Positions 28,633 to 38,963 of a DNA stretch of 64,000 bases are shown here, one piece after another. The stretch's first letter is position 1. Each line of letters begins with the position of its first letter. Under the pieces are notes generated by a model. That model made no database searches. It saw nothing but the letters and a program-made list of their open reading frames with translations, and had not been told where the DNA came from. The translations under genes were made by a program, and so were the position numbers. Location: the NCBI GenBank assembly GCA_963701665.1, contig OY969622.1, forward strand, positions 64,001 to 128,000, written 5' to 3'. Source of the DNA: Candidatus Babeliales bacterium (GTDB lineage Bacteria; Babelota; Babeliae; Babelales; JANWKD01).

Positions 28633-30307
28633 GCAGCACCTCTTCTGGTGTTGTTAAACCTTCTTTAATTTTTCGTACGCCATCTTGTACCAAAAGTGTC
28701 ATGCCTTCGGCTACGGCTTGCTTTCGTATAACTGCCATATCAGCTTTTGCAATGGTAAGTTTTGCAATTTCACTGCTCATTTCCATAATTTCAAAAATTG
28801 CTATACGTCCTTTATAGCCGTTCACACACTCTTCACAGCCCACCGCTTTATAGAAAATAATTGAAGCAGCTTGTAGCTTTGGTATGCCAAGTAATTTAAG
28901 CACCTCATCATCAGGTTTATACGGTTTTTTGCACTTATCACACAACTTACGTACAAGACGTTGTGCAAGTATTGAAACAATTGATGATGCAATTAAAAAT
29001 GGTTCTATACCCATATCAATTAAACGGGTGATAGTAGCTGGCGCATTATTTGTGTGAATAGTACTTAATACTAAGTGCCCAGTAAGTGCCGCTTGAATAG
29101 CAATCTGTGCTGTTTCTTGGTCACGCGTTTCACCGATCATCACGATATCCGGGTCTTGACGTAAAATTGCACGCAAGGCTATAGCAAATGTCAACCCAAT
29201 TTTTGTGTTTACCGCAACTTGAGCAATGCCAGGCATTTGATATTCAACAGGATCTTCAACGGTAATAATATTAACTTCGGGGGTGTTTAATTTACTTACA
29301 ATTGAGTAAAGTGTGGATGTTTTACCAGAACCTGTTGGACCTGAAACTAAAATAATACCATTTGAACGCGCAATGCTTTTCATAATAACATTGTAGTCAC
29401 GCTCACTAAACCCAAGATTTTGTAATGTACCAAACGTTTTTGATTTATCGAGTAAACGCATAACGATACGCTCACCATAATTAACGGGCAATACGCTCAC
29501 ACGAATATCGATCGTTTTATCAGCCACTTTGATTTGAATTCTGCCGTCTTGCGGTAATCTTTTTTCGGCAATATTCATGTTGGCCATAATTTTAATACGA
29601 GAGACCAAAGCTCCTTGGATACGTTTTGGCGGCGTAAATGCAGGGTACATAATACCATCAATGCGATAACGCACGCGCACTTCTTTTTCATATGGTTCGA
29701 TATGAATATCAGAAGCCCCTCGTTTTACTGCTTGCACAAAAATATGATTTACTAATTTTATGATGGGCGCTTCACCCGCCATGGCTAAAATATCTTTTTC
29801 GCCAATCTCCTCAAATTCCATAGTTTCAGGAGCAGCAGCTTTTTCCTCTTCAAGCTCTTCAATCATTTGTTTAGTACCCTCAAGAGGGTAATAACGATTG
29901 ATGCCATCGATAATGGTTTGTGGCGTTGCAATAGCAATTGCTGCGCCGCCTCCCAATAACATATTTAATTCATCGAGGGGTTGATAGAATGTTGGATTTG
30001 CCGTCAATAAGGTAACATTGGTATCAAGCATAACGGGCATGACAACATTTTGACGTAAGAACTTAAGGGGTATTTTGGCAAGCAACGCAGGATCAGCCAT
30101 TTTTTCAGTAACTTTTTCAATAAGCTGATATCCCGTTTGTTCAGCATAGGCACGGGCAATATCTTCTGGCGTAACATAGTGCTGGCCGATCAAACAATCA
30201 GTAAAAGGGAGTCCAGTTTCTGAAACTTTCAGCTGACATTCTTTTATCTGCTCGTCACTAATTATCCCCTTACTACGCAGAATCTCTTCTATAGTTTTTT
30301 TCGCCAT
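28595..30307 (-). CDS. gspE: Type II secretion / type IV pilus assembly ATPase (GspE/PilB)
   Basis: ASDIHIEP, PQDGRI, GPTGSGKTST, LRQDPDIVMIGETRD, TGHLVLSTIH, tetra-Cys motif. Confidence 0.93.
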   Translation of the reverse strand: MAKKTIEEILRSKGIISDEQIKECQLKVSETGLPFTDCLIGQHYVTPEDIARAYAEQTGYQLIEKVTEKMADPALLAKIPLKFLRQNVVMPVMLDTNVTLLTANPTFYQPLDELNMLLGGGAAIAIATPQTIIDGINRYYPLEGTKQMIEELEEEKAAAPETMEFEEIGEKDILAMAGEAPIIKLVNHIFVQAVKRGASDIHIEPYEKEVRVRYRIDGIMYPAFTPPKRIQGALVSRIKIMANMNIAEKRLPQDGRIQIKVADKTIDIRVSVLPVNYGERIVMRLLDKSKTFGTLQNLGFSERDYNVIMKSIARSNGIILVSGPTGSGKTSTLYSIVSKLNTPEVNIITVEDPVEYQMPGIAQVAVNTKIGLTFAIALRAILRQDPDIVMIGETRDQETAQIAIQAALTGHLVLSTIHTNNAPATITRLIDMGIEPFLIASSIVSILAQRLVRKLCDKCKKPYKPDDEVLKLLGIPKLQAASIIFYKAVGCEECVNGYKGRIAIFEIMEMSSEIAKLTIAKADMAVIRKQAVAEGMTLLVQDGVRKIKEGLTTPEEVLRVATIEGDQEEL

Positions 30308-30564
30308 AACACCATGCTCCAAGCTAGCCTAATAATCAATAACCTTTATTAAAGGTAGATTTCTTTGAGAATCTTTATTCTAAGATACCAGATTTTCTTC
30401 ACTTCTTGCTAGTATTGGTCACGTACTTAACATTAATAGTAATGCACGATAGTGCTATCATTTTTAATTTTAAAAACTCTTTTAATAATTTTATTGTGTT
30501 CTTTTAATGGTATTTTGTAAAAATTTGTAAGAGATAATGTTAATCACAATCATCAAAGGAAAAA

Positions 30565-32868
30565 ATGAAGTTCATAGATAATTTTTACCTATCAATCATC
30601 ATATTTCTATTGCCATTTTCTGCTGCATTTGCCGCGCATCGCGAAGGCCCAGAACCAAAAGAGGTTGAAGCACGTCAAGAACTAGAAACTAAAACCAAGG
30701 AAGCAGCAAAAAAAGAAATCGAAATTGAACAAAGAAAAAAAGAAATCGATAAAGAAGTAGAAGACCGTAAGATTAGTGAAGAAAAAGCTAACCAAGAGAA
30801 AATCAAGCTCGACGGAGAAATGGAAACTTCGCTCGATGCCAAACGACAAGCCCTTGACGATCTATTAAGCTTTAAACCTGATGATACAGCAACATTAGAA
30901 AAACAAAAGAAAGCTTTACAAGAAAAAATAGACACCATTGAAACCCAAATCAAAGTACTTGAAAAAAGCATAGCATCAACAGGAACTTCAACAGGTGGTT
31001 CAACAACCCCCCCGCAGAAAGAAGTTTCTGCTACTGAGCTTAACTGGGGAGACCGGCTAAGTAAAAATTTACAAGCATGGCACAAGACTGTCTTGGCAAA
31101 TATTTATGAATTAATAAGCGATCCTATCTTTGCGAGAAATTTACGTAGAGAATTAGTAACACTCTATACAGAATTAAAAAATCCTTTACAAGCAGAAAAG
31201 AATTCATTAGCGGCAGATTATTTGAACATTAAAATGGGACTTGAGCCGGGGAGCATCTACAAACTTGTATCTAAGGTACAGAAAGGAACCGATGAATTGG
31301 ATAAGATTAGCCAAAAAGAAAGGCAAGACATAGCTAATCTTAAGTCAACTGACTATGCAGGAAAACAAGCAATTCAAAAAAGAGCCGCTCAAGAAAGAGC
31401 TGAGTACGCAAAAACAATACCGGTTGAGGATTTGCTTAAGGAAGTAATCAATCTACAAGCAAAGCTTGAAAATCCTAAGAATCTACAAAGCGCTGGCGTA
31501 TCAAAAGAAATGGTTGCAACACAAGTAAAAAAACTTAATGCAGAGATTGAATCAATCAAAAATGTCCTTAAAGCCAGCGAAAGGGGTTGGGGACCACGAA
31601 CGGAGAAAGAAAGAGCATTGACTGCAGAAAATCAAAGAGCATACCTTGATAACCTTAACAATTTACCGATAGCTAAAGAATTTTCTAAACGTTCTAAAGC
31701 TGTTTTAGACGCACTCAATAATCCTAAAGATTTTATAAAGTCTTCAGTAACACGCGAATACAACGATTTAATAAATTATTTAAGCAACTTAGGAGCAATT
31801 GATTATACTCTTTTTCCCGAAGTTGATATTGGTAGAGGAATAACCTCCAAATTAAGCACAACCTATAATTCTTTACTAGAAGCGTATGAAAATTTTAGGA
31901 ACAGCCCGGATTTTGAAAAACTTAGTACAACAAGCAAGATAACAATATTAAAAAATATGAAAGCATTAACTAATAATATAGCAAGGGTAATGCATGAATC
32001 TGCCGCAATAGAAGAATACAAAAACATTGAGTCATTCTCAGGGAAAGGAAAGACAGCCTATCAAGATTTGACTAAAAAAAATGCAAATGCAAACATTGTC
32101 GATCCAACAGTATTAGAAAAAACTGAGACTTCTATTGGTGAAGATAAACAAAAAATTGAGGCCCTATTAGAAAATATAACCTCTGATAAAAATGCTCCTA
32201 GTACGCTCGATACACTAGCAACCTCATTAGATAAAAAAGTTGAAGACTTGCTTATAAAAATTTCACAAGCAGATCCTTCAGAGCGATCTTTAGAATCTCT
32301 AAATAGGCTTGCTAATGCTTTAGATAATTTGAGTAACCAAGTTGTTGCTGTCTATCAAACGTCAGCTCTTTCGCAAGAGGCAAAAATTGCCCTGTTGAAA
32401 ACATATCTCGAATTGGATGGCAGATTTAAACTAATTTCATCGCAAATTATACGAGATAAAAGTGCTTTATCAACGTTAATCCCTACTCTTGAAGGTGGCG
32501 TTGCGCTCGTCCAATTACCACAGGTCGTAAGGGCAAATGTAAAACAGTTACAAACAAAACCTACGATAGAAGCACCACAGCAAACATTTGATCGTAAAAC
32601 CGGAAAGCCTACACAAAACCCTATCAGGCAAAATGCTACAATGACTTTACAAAATGCAGACAATTTATGGTCGGAGGGAAACAGCATTAAGGCTATAACA
32701 GCAGGTACACCAGCAAATAAATACCTAGCTGGCGTCAGAGACGCAAACATTAAAGCGCCTGAAACGAATGAGTGGATAAAACTTACCGCAGAGGCACTTC
32801 TTGAGAAAGCTTCCCCTAAACAGGGTGATACCAATCAACCGACTGAAGGGACTGGTTATGGTGATTAG
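30565..32868 (+). CDS. Large exported alpha-helical/coiled-coil protein (paralog of 55613-57808)
   Basis: Signal peptide; K/E-rich coiled coil; colinear similarity to the 731-aa ORF. Confidence 0.8.
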   Translation: MKFIDNFYLSIIIFLLPFSAAFAAHREGPEPKEVEARQELETKTKEAAKKEIEIEQRKKEIDKEVEDRKISEEKANQEKIKLDGEMETSLDAKRQALDDLLSFKPDDTATLEKQKKALQEKIDTIETQIKVLEKSIASTGTSTGGSTTPPQKEVSATELNWGDRLSKNLQAWHKTVLANIYELISDPIFARNLRRELVTLYTELKNPLQAEKNSLAADYLNIKMGLEPGSIYKLVSKVQKGTDELDKISQKERQDIANLKSTDYAGKQAIQKRAAQERAEYAKTIPVEDLLKEVINLQAKLENPKNLQSAGVSKEMVATQVKKLNAEIESIKNVLKASERGWGPRTEKERALTAENQRAYLDNLNNLPIAKEFSKRSKAVLDALNNPKDFIKSSVTREYNDLINYLSNLGAIDYTLFPEVDIGRGITSKLSTTYNSLLEAYENFRNSPDFEKLSTTSKITILKNMKALTNNIARVMHESAAIEEYKNIESFSGKGKTAYQDLTKKNANANIVDPTVLEKTETSIGEDKQKIEALLENITSDKNAPSTLDTLATSLDKKVEDLLIKISQADPSERSLESLNRLANALDNLSNQVVAVYQTSALSQEAKIALLKTYLELDGRFKLISSQIIRDKSALSTLIPTLEGGVALVQLPQVVRANVKQLQTKPTIEAPQQTFDRKTGKPTQNPIRQNATMTLQNADNLWSEGNSIKAITAGTPANKYLAGVRDANIKAPETNEWIKLTAEALLEKASPKQGDTNQPTEGTGYGD

Positions 32869-33080
32869 GCGAAGAAATTTTAGCAATAGCCCAAAATCTA
32901 GCATTTTTTAGTTGCTTTTTATCAAGTTTTGATGCCGACTTTGGTCGGCATCTACATGAGTTGTGCCCATTTTTTTGATTTCTTGCTAGTCTTATCCGCT
33001 TGCTCATGAAAGCATGCTATGGTACCATGAGAAATGAGACAAAGCGGATTCATTGTAAATTATACAATGAACACAAGAGT

Positions 33081-33188
33081 GTCTTCCCGAGGAGCAAAGC
33101 TCCGTGGGGATCCAGAACTTTAATAAATTCCTTTATGGACTAATTTTATTATCTGGGTTGCCGCGCCACATACGTGGCTCGCAATGAC
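33081..33188. repeat. Palindromic element copy 2
   Basis: gtcttcccgagg...gtggggatccagaactttaataaattccttt...taattttattatctgggttgcc...tcgcaatgac. Confidence 0.85.
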
Positions 33189-33252
33189 AATTTGTTTTCA
33201 ATATATCCGTCTTAAGGACAAAATTTTATCTATCAAAATGGGCGTATTAAAT

Positions 33253-34122
33253 ATGTCAAAATTACTCTCTTCAATGCTATGTCTACTTTTAATGGTACTT
33301 GCCGGATGCACGCACCGCTCAGAAATACAGCAAAAGGCAAAGAAAAATACGCGCGCGTCGGAAAAAAAGATCGAAGTCGCTCAAGATTTGGTTGCACCGC
33401 CTGAAATGAAAAAAATGCTAAAAAATATGACTATCCCTGAGCTAGAAAGGGCAAAGAATTATTGCGTTGCCACAGGCAATAAAGCTCAAGCTATTATATA
33501 TCTTGAACAAATAATCATCTTAGCCACCGATCAAAATATGCTCAAAGATGTACGCTTGGAATTAGCAGATCTTTATTTCGATCAAGGAAGTATCAGCAAA
33601 GCGAGCAAAATGTACGCCTCGTATTTAGGGCTTTATCCAGGCAGTGAAGACCGTGCGTACGTTCATTATCGAGCAATTTTATGCAGATTTTATGAAACGT
33701 ACAGTTCTGACCGTGATCAAACTCCCACCGAAGAAGCCTTAATTTTAACGCAAGAATATCTTAACCGCGTCATTTCGGATAAAGAACTGTATGCTGCTTA
33801 TAGCACCGATGTTGAAGTTATCCAAAAACAATGCTGCAAAAAATTATTTGATCATGATAAAGGCATCCTCGATTTTTACTATAAAAAGGGCAACTTCAAA
33901 GCTGCACAATTACATTTATTACATATGAAAAAAATGTATGCAAAATTATATAAAGAATCGGAACCCGAGTTATTAACCTGCGAATGCGATATTGCCTACA
34001 AAACACACGACACCGCTTTATTATTGGCAAAACAAGCTGAACTCAAAGCAAAATATCCTGAGTTCCATACAACAGTAATCGCTCAGCAGGAAGCTAAGAA
34101 AAATTATGGAAATCGCTTCTAA
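33253..34122 (+). CDS. bamD: Outer-membrane assembly lipoprotein BamD-like (TPR)
   Basis: Lipobox LAGC; LADLYFDQG, LYPGS, DRDQTPTEEA, FYYKKGNFKAA. Confidence 0.8.
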   Translation: MSKLLSSMLCLLLMVLAGCTHRSEIQQKAKKNTRASEKKIEVAQDLVAPPEMKKMLKNMTIPELERAKNYCVATGNKAQAIIYLEQIIILATDQNMLKDVRLELADLYFDQGSISKASKMYASYLGLYPGSEDRAYVHYRAILCRFYETYSSDRDQTPTEEALILTQEYLNRVISDKELYAAYSTDVEVIQKQCCKKLFDHDKGILDFYYKKGNFKAAQLHLLHMKKMYAKLYKESEPELLTCECDIAYKTHDTALLLAKQAELKAKYPEFHTTVIAQQEAKKNYGNRF

Positions 34123-34504
34123 AACCGGCAAACAAACGCGTGCTGCACTTGGCAAACAAGGCGAAGAATTTACCCAGCAATGGTTAAAAAAGAATAATTA
34201 TACTATTCTTGCCACAAATTATCGCACAAAGCAGGGTGAAATCGATATCATTGCGCGCCAAAAAAATGTCATTGCTTTTATTGAAGTAAAATTACGATCA
34301 CACGATTATTTTCAACTTTCACAAGTAATCACACCATCAAAGCAGAAAAAGATTATTGCATGCGCACTCGATTATAGTATGCGCCACACTATAACTTCAT
34401 GCGTTTTGCGTTTTGATATTGCACTTTTGCACTGTAATGACAACGGTTTTTCACTTGAATATATTCCTAATGCGTTTACTAAACGCGAAGGAGATGTCTC
34501 GTGA
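34106..34504 (+). CDS. YraN/UPF0102 family endonuclease-like protein
   Basis: GKQGEE, NYRTKQGEIDIIA, FIEVK, RFDI. Confidence 0.92.
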   Translation: MEIASKTGKQTRAALGKQGEEFTQQWLKKNNYTILATNYRTKQGEIDIIARQKNVIAFIEVKLRSHDYFQLSQVITPSKQKKIIACALDYSMRHTITSCVLRFDIALLHCNDNGFSLEYIPNAFTKREGDVS

Positions 34505-35169
34505 ATACTGTTTTTAAACAAGAGCTTATACAGCGAAGCATTACTGCCTTTGTACTTATTTTTGCCGGTCTCTACATTTTTTTTGCATTACCGCCATGGT
34601 GTTTTTCTTTAGTTATTTTTTTGATTGCTCTCTATACTGCAGCTATTGAAATGCCACATTTACTACCCTATAAAGGGCTCAAGTTTTGGTTATTAGTCAG
34701 TATATATCCTTTATTACCCTTTCTTTTAATCATACTGCTTAATCAAAATATTCATTATAGAATGCTCGTTTTTCTAGCTTTTGTTGTTGCAAGCAGCAAT
34801 GATATCGGCGCTTATTTTACTGGAAAACTCTTAGGCAAAAACAAAATGTTGCCTTCAATAAGCCCCAAAAAAACGTGGGAAGGTTTTGCGGGCGGTTTTT
34901 TATTAACGGCACTCGCCTTATGGTATATTGCGCATTTCCATAATAAACCAACATCACTCGCATGGTTTTTTGTATTCGCATTGGCTTTTGCCATTATTGG
35001 CACCGCGGGGGATTTTTTTGAATCATGGCTGAAAAGACGAGCAAACATAAAAGATAGTGGTTCGCTTTTACCGGGACATGGCGGCACATTAGATAGATTT
35101 GATAGTGTGCTTTTTATTATACTATTCATATATTTTTGCAAGGGCCCATTGTTACATTTATTTTTCTAA
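34501..35169 (+). CDS. cdsA: Phosphatidate cytidylyltransferase
   Basis: DIGAYFTG, ISPKKTWEG, GDFFESWLKR...KDSGSLLPGHGGTLDRFDS. Confidence 0.95.
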   Translation: MNTVFKQELIQRSITAFVLIFAGLYIFFALPPWCFSLVIFLIALYTAAIEMPHLLPYKGLKFWLLVSIYPLLPFLLIILLNQNIHYRMLVFLAFVVASSNDIGAYFTGKLLGKNKMLPSISPKKTWEGFAGGFLLTALALWYIAHFHNKPTSLAWFFVFALAFAIIGTAGDFFESWLKRRANIKDSGSLLPGHGGTLDRFDSVLFIILFIYFCKGPLLHLFF

Positions 35170-35187
35170 AAAATAAAAGTTGGCAGT

Positions 35188-36123
35188 ATGTATGTGTTAC
35201 TCTTTTGTTTTATCTTTTTGGTAGAATGTTTTGCACAAGATGCGGTGTCCAAATTTTCTCAACACAAAAGAGCTATTCCCTCGTTACAAACTATCATAGA
35301 ATATAATCTGCTCCATTATCATTGTGAATTAGAAGCTGAGGGCGAAAAAGCTGATGAGACTTTTGAAAACTATATAAAATTATGCGAACAACACGAAGTA
35401 GCCCCTCGCATAAAAACGTTACTCGCTCGATGTTTGATCACATCACATAATGTTGAAGCAATTAACACCTTCAATAAAAATGCCCCTACACACAAATATC
35501 CTCAACTAGCTTATGATGTTTTTTTAAATCAAAAACTAAGTTCCGAGAATAAAAAAGCTATTATTATTTTTATGCGTAACTATCCAGAAGAAAAATTGGT
35601 AGGAAAACCGTATCAAATCCTCGATGCCTTAATTAAATATTACACACCTATTACCCATTATTTTAATAATCGGCTTTTGTTTGCATGCCAAAATTCTATT
35701 GAGCCTTGCATCTTTAACTTTCTTTTAAAAAAAGGCGATCAACCTTTCGAGCTTGTTATTTGGCATTTGATTGGCAATCAGAAACCAGTTCCTGAAATTC
35801 ATGAAAACATGCTTGGAAAATTAGAATATTTAACAGGTTGTACCGTTAATATATCGCCAACCCCACCTAATCCATTTATACCCTCAACAAATTTAAAACC
35901 ATTAGAATATGCAGAATCAATGCTTGCATGCTGGTCTGATCAGGAATGGACTCGAGGGTTCTATGAAAAAAGATTTGAACAATTTAAAAATTTTTCACTT
36001 ATTCTCAATGAAATCATCTCCCCAGAAACGATAGAAAAATACATTAACTTCTATACGCGCGTTGTGGAGCTATTGAAAAATAGTAAAAACATAATGCCCG
36101 GTACGGAATTGCAAACTCAATAA
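35188..36123 (+). CDS. Hypothetical exported protein
   Basis: 311-aa ORF with short signal peptide ending CFA-Q; no confident domain. Confidence 0.65.
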   Translation: MYVLLFCFIFLVECFAQDAVSKFSQHKRAIPSLQTIIEYNLLHYHCELEAEGEKADETFENYIKLCEQHEVAPRIKTLLARCLITSHNVEAINTFNKNAPTHKYPQLAYDVFLNQKLSSENKKAIIIFMRNYPEEKLVGKPYQILDALIKYYTPITHYFNNRLLFACQNSIEPCIFNFLLKKGDQPFELVIWHLIGNQKPVPEIHENMLGKLEYLTGCTVNISPTPPNPFIPSTNLKPLEYAESMLACWSDQEWTRGFYEKRFEQFKNFSLILNEIISPETIEKYINFYTRVVELLKNSKNIMPGTELQTQ

Positions 36124-36182
36124 ATTCTTGTATCTTTATAGCTGAAAGCTACATTTGTTACACATTTTTATAAAAAGATACT

Positions 36183-36365
36183 ATGAAATCATATCTTCTT
36201 TTAGCATTATGTATTTTATCAAGCATCTCTCTTAATGGCATGGACTGGTATTATATCAAACAATCAATACATTATGGTCAAAGCAACACCACATGTATTC
36301 CGCAAAATAAACCGGAAAGCATTACAGCACAAAAGATTCTGAATAAAGACACCAAGTCAAAGTAA
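36183..36365 (+). pseudogene. Short, probably truncated exported-protein gene
   Basis: Signal peptide MKSYLLLALCILSSISLNG-M then a stop after 60 aa, abutting the convergent nitroreductase. Confidence 0.4.
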
Positions 36366-36367
36366 CG

Positions 36368-36943
36368 TTATTTTGCAAATAATCCTTCAAATAGTATCTC
36401 ATTGAGAGGTTTGCGATCGTTGGGAAAATCAACATCCTGTAATTTTTTAGGAAGTTGTTCAACGTTACCATAGACACCAACGGCGACCATAGCTTCAACG
36501 GTGTATGTATCTGGAATCTTGAGCACTTGGGATGCTTTGTCGTAATTGAAGCCTTCCATACCATGCACAACAAGACCAAGTATTGAACCTTGTAATGCTA
36601 AGTTTTCCCACGCAGCTCCAGCATCAAACGAGTGAGTACGGGAAGGCCTGCCATCATAATCAAACACCTTATGGGAAACAATCACCATCAAAACAGCCGC
36701 GTTCTTTGCCCATGCTTGGTTTGCAGGTTCTAGCAAATCAAGAAATGTTTGCCAATAAGAAGAATTTCTTTTGGCATAGATAAAACGCCATGGTTGATTA
36801 TTGAAGGAGGATGGCGCCCACCGTGCCGCTTCAAAAAGCATCATTAATGTTTCGTTAGAAATTTCTTCACCCGTCATTGCACGGGATGACCAACGATTTA
36901 AAATGATGGGGCTAATTGGATAGTTCGATTTTCTTTGCTTCAT
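36368..36943 (-). CDS. Nitroreductase family protein
   Basis: RWSSRAM, AARWAPSSFNNQPWRF, FDAGAAWENLALQ, HGMEGF, RKPL; ATGA overlap with the VKOR stop. Confidence 0.93.
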   Translation of the reverse strand: MKQRKSNYPISPIILNRWSSRAMTGEEISNETLMMLFEAARWAPSSFNNQPWRFIYAKRNSSYWQTFLDLLEPANQAWAKNAAVLMVIVSHKVFDYDGRPSRTHSFDAGAAWENLALQGSILGLVVHGMEGFNYDKASQVLKIPDTYTVEAMVAVGVYGNVEQLPKKLQDVDFPNDRKPLNEILFEGLFAK

Positions 36944-37338
36944 ATGATCCCATTTATTTTCATACATGTAACAAGCAATAATACATTAATTACATACATA
37001 GAAGTACACAAAATGCATAATGCTTTAATTTTGAAGTACAAAAGATACGCAAAATAACATGACATGAGGCAACCAATAATTACGGTGATTAATAAGAATG
37101 TTTGTTGATGCAATGCAGCAAAGACAAAGACTAAAACATAAAAAGCAAATGCCAGCCACGCATTTGAAATATAAAAAATTGATGCGTATTTACTTTTCAT
37201 TGGTTTTGTACAGGAAATAGTATCAGAGAGATCGCACACCGGTTTATACGATGGCGTTTTTTTTATTTTCTGTTCCAAAACATTGGTATATAAAGAAATG
37301 ATCATACCAAGAAGAGCTAAAACCATAATTATTATCAT
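36940..37338 (-). CDS. Vitamin K epoxide reductase (VKOR) family protein
   Basis: CDLSDTISC loop, SKYA, CILC redox motif in a TM helix. Confidence 0.9.
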   Translation of the reverse strand: MIIIMVLALLGMIISLYTNVLEQKIKKTPSYKPVCDLSDTISCTKPMKSKYASIFYISNAWLAFAFYVLVFVFAALHQQTFLLITVIIGCLMSCYFAYLLYFKIKALCILCTSMYVINVLLLVTCMKINGII

Positions 37339-37375
37339 TGAACCCTCTCTTTTTTAAGATAAATAAAACACTCCC

Positions 37376-37526
37376 GTCATTCCGAGGCGAAGCCGTGGGG
37401 ATCCAGAACTTTAATAATTCCTTTAAAGGAACTAATTTTATTATCTGGATTCTACTTCGTTAAAACTTCGTAGAACAAGTTGCCAACTCCTTCGGAGCTC
37501 ATAGAGCGAAGTAGGATCGCAATGAC
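37376..37526. repeat. Palindromic element copy 3, with nested extra hairpins
   Basis: gtcattccgaggcgaagccgtggggatccagaacttt...ttatctggatt...tcgcaatgac. Confidence 0.85.
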
Positions 37527-37532
37527 GTTCCT

Positions 37533-38957
37533 TTATGACAATCTTTGCAAAATTTCTGCTTCATTAAAATATAATTTTTGTCCTTTCACCAGCTGATAAT
37601 GATCTGGGCCTTTACCTAATAGCGCTATAATACTTGTCGAGCGCGAACATTCATACGCTCGTTTTATAGCACACTCGCGATCAAGTTCGATATAAATTTT
37701 TGAACGAAATGAATCTTGAACGCCCGCAAGCATATTATCTACAATCACAGCAGCATCTTCAGAGCGCGGATTATCGGTGGTAAAAAACACGACGTCTGCA
37801 TACTCTGCCGCTAGGGCGCCCATAATGGGACGTTTTCCGGCATCACGATCGCCACCCGCGCCGCATACGACAATTAAATGGTCAGTGAATTCACGAAGCG
37901 TTTTAAGTACCGAGGAAAATGAAGAAGGGTTGTGCGCATAATCGATAAATGCGCGTGCACCATTTGGCATACAATATAATTCTAATCGACCGGGCACCGT
38001 GTGAAAGGTCGTTAACGAGTGCGCTAATTTTTTAAGCGAGGGTTCATAGGCATGACACGCAGCGAGTGCACCAAGAATATTAGCTGCGTTAAATTCGCCA
38101 ATGAGCGGCGAGGTTAACGCCACAACATTTCCGTTGTGATGCACCTGTGCTTTGATACCAAGCAGTGAATATGAAAGATCACTCATATAATACTCTGCAT
38201 GAGTATCAGTGCAACTATATGATGAAAAATGTGGATTTTTTTCTAGCAACTGTGCGCACCATGCATTATCGCGATTTAAAAGAATCTTTGTATCAGGCTT
38301 TTTGTGCCCAAAAATTTTACATTTCGCTGAAAAATAGTCTTGCATTGATTCATAAAATTCACCATGTTCTTGATCGAAATTAGTGAACAAAATAGTATCA
38401 AACGCAATGTTATGCACACGTTCAAGGGATAATGCTTGTGCTGCAACTTCCATGATGACAACATCAACCGCATAAAGCACACATTGCTGCAAAAAAGCTT
38501 GCAAATAATCTGGCTGTTGCGTCGTTAATTGCGTCGGTAAGATGGTAGTTAAAATTTTATTATGCACTGAACTGAGCATTGCTGTTTTAATGCCTTGCGA
38601 ACGCAGCAAATATTCAATTAAGAATACTGATGTCGTTTTACCTTTTGTTCCCGTCACGCCAATAATTTTTAATTTTTTTGCAGGATATCCATAAGCGAGT
38701 GCGCTCAATTCTGCTAACGCGCGCCGAATATTTGGCACGCGCATGAGAGAAGCATTTTTTTGTGCAATAAGTTCTTGATGCTCATCGCTCAAATACTCGT
38801 TTTCTTGAATAACGATCGTTGTCGCCCCTCGTTCAATGGCCTCGGGAATAAATTTTTTGCCGTCCAAACGCGTGCCTTGTATAGCAATAAACGTTGAACC
38901 GTGAGTAACAAAATCCGTGTGCGCAGTAACAAGAAAGTGACGCGGAAACTCAACCAT
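37533..38957 (-). CDS. murE: UDP-MurNAc-L-Ala-D-Glu:meso-diaminopimelate ligase
   Basis: GVTGTKGKTT, VPGRLE, IDYAHNP, GAGGDRD..KRPIMG, DNPR (DAP-specific), GKG. Confidence 0.95.
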   Translation of the reverse strand: MVEFPRHFLVTAHTDFVTHGSTFIAIQGTRLDGKKFIPEAIERGATTIVIQENEYLSDEHQELIAQKNASLMRVPNIRRALAELSALAYGYPAKKLKIIGVTGTKGKTTSVFLIEYLLRSQGIKTAMLSSVHNKILTTILPTQLTTQQPDYLQAFLQQCVLYAVDVVIMEVAAQALSLERVHNIAFDTILFTNFDQEHGEFYESMQDYFSAKCKIFGHKKPDTKILLNRDNAWCAQLLEKNPHFSSYSCTDTHAEYYMSDLSYSLLGIKAQVHHNGNVVALTSPLIGEFNAANILGALAACHAYEPSLKKLAHSLTTFHTVPGRLELYCMPNGARAFIDYAHNPSSFSSVLKTLREFTDHLIVVCGAGGDRDAGKRPIMGALAAEYADVVFFTTDNPRSEDAAVIVDNMLAGVQDSFRSKIYIELDRECAIKRAYECSRSTSIIALLGKGPDHYQLVKGQKLYFNEAEILQRLS

Positions 38958-38963
38958 AGATTT

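Noticed and set aside
30403..32990. 11-bp direct repeat ttcttgctagt flanking the 767-aa gene (30403 and 32980)
   Set aside because: Too short in AT-rich DNA and could simply be promoter -35-like sequence; not enough to call a target-site duplication
35263..35310. AIPSLQTI as a SOCS/BC-box motif
   Set aside because: Lacks the conserved Cys/Ala of the BC-box; too weak without an HMM search
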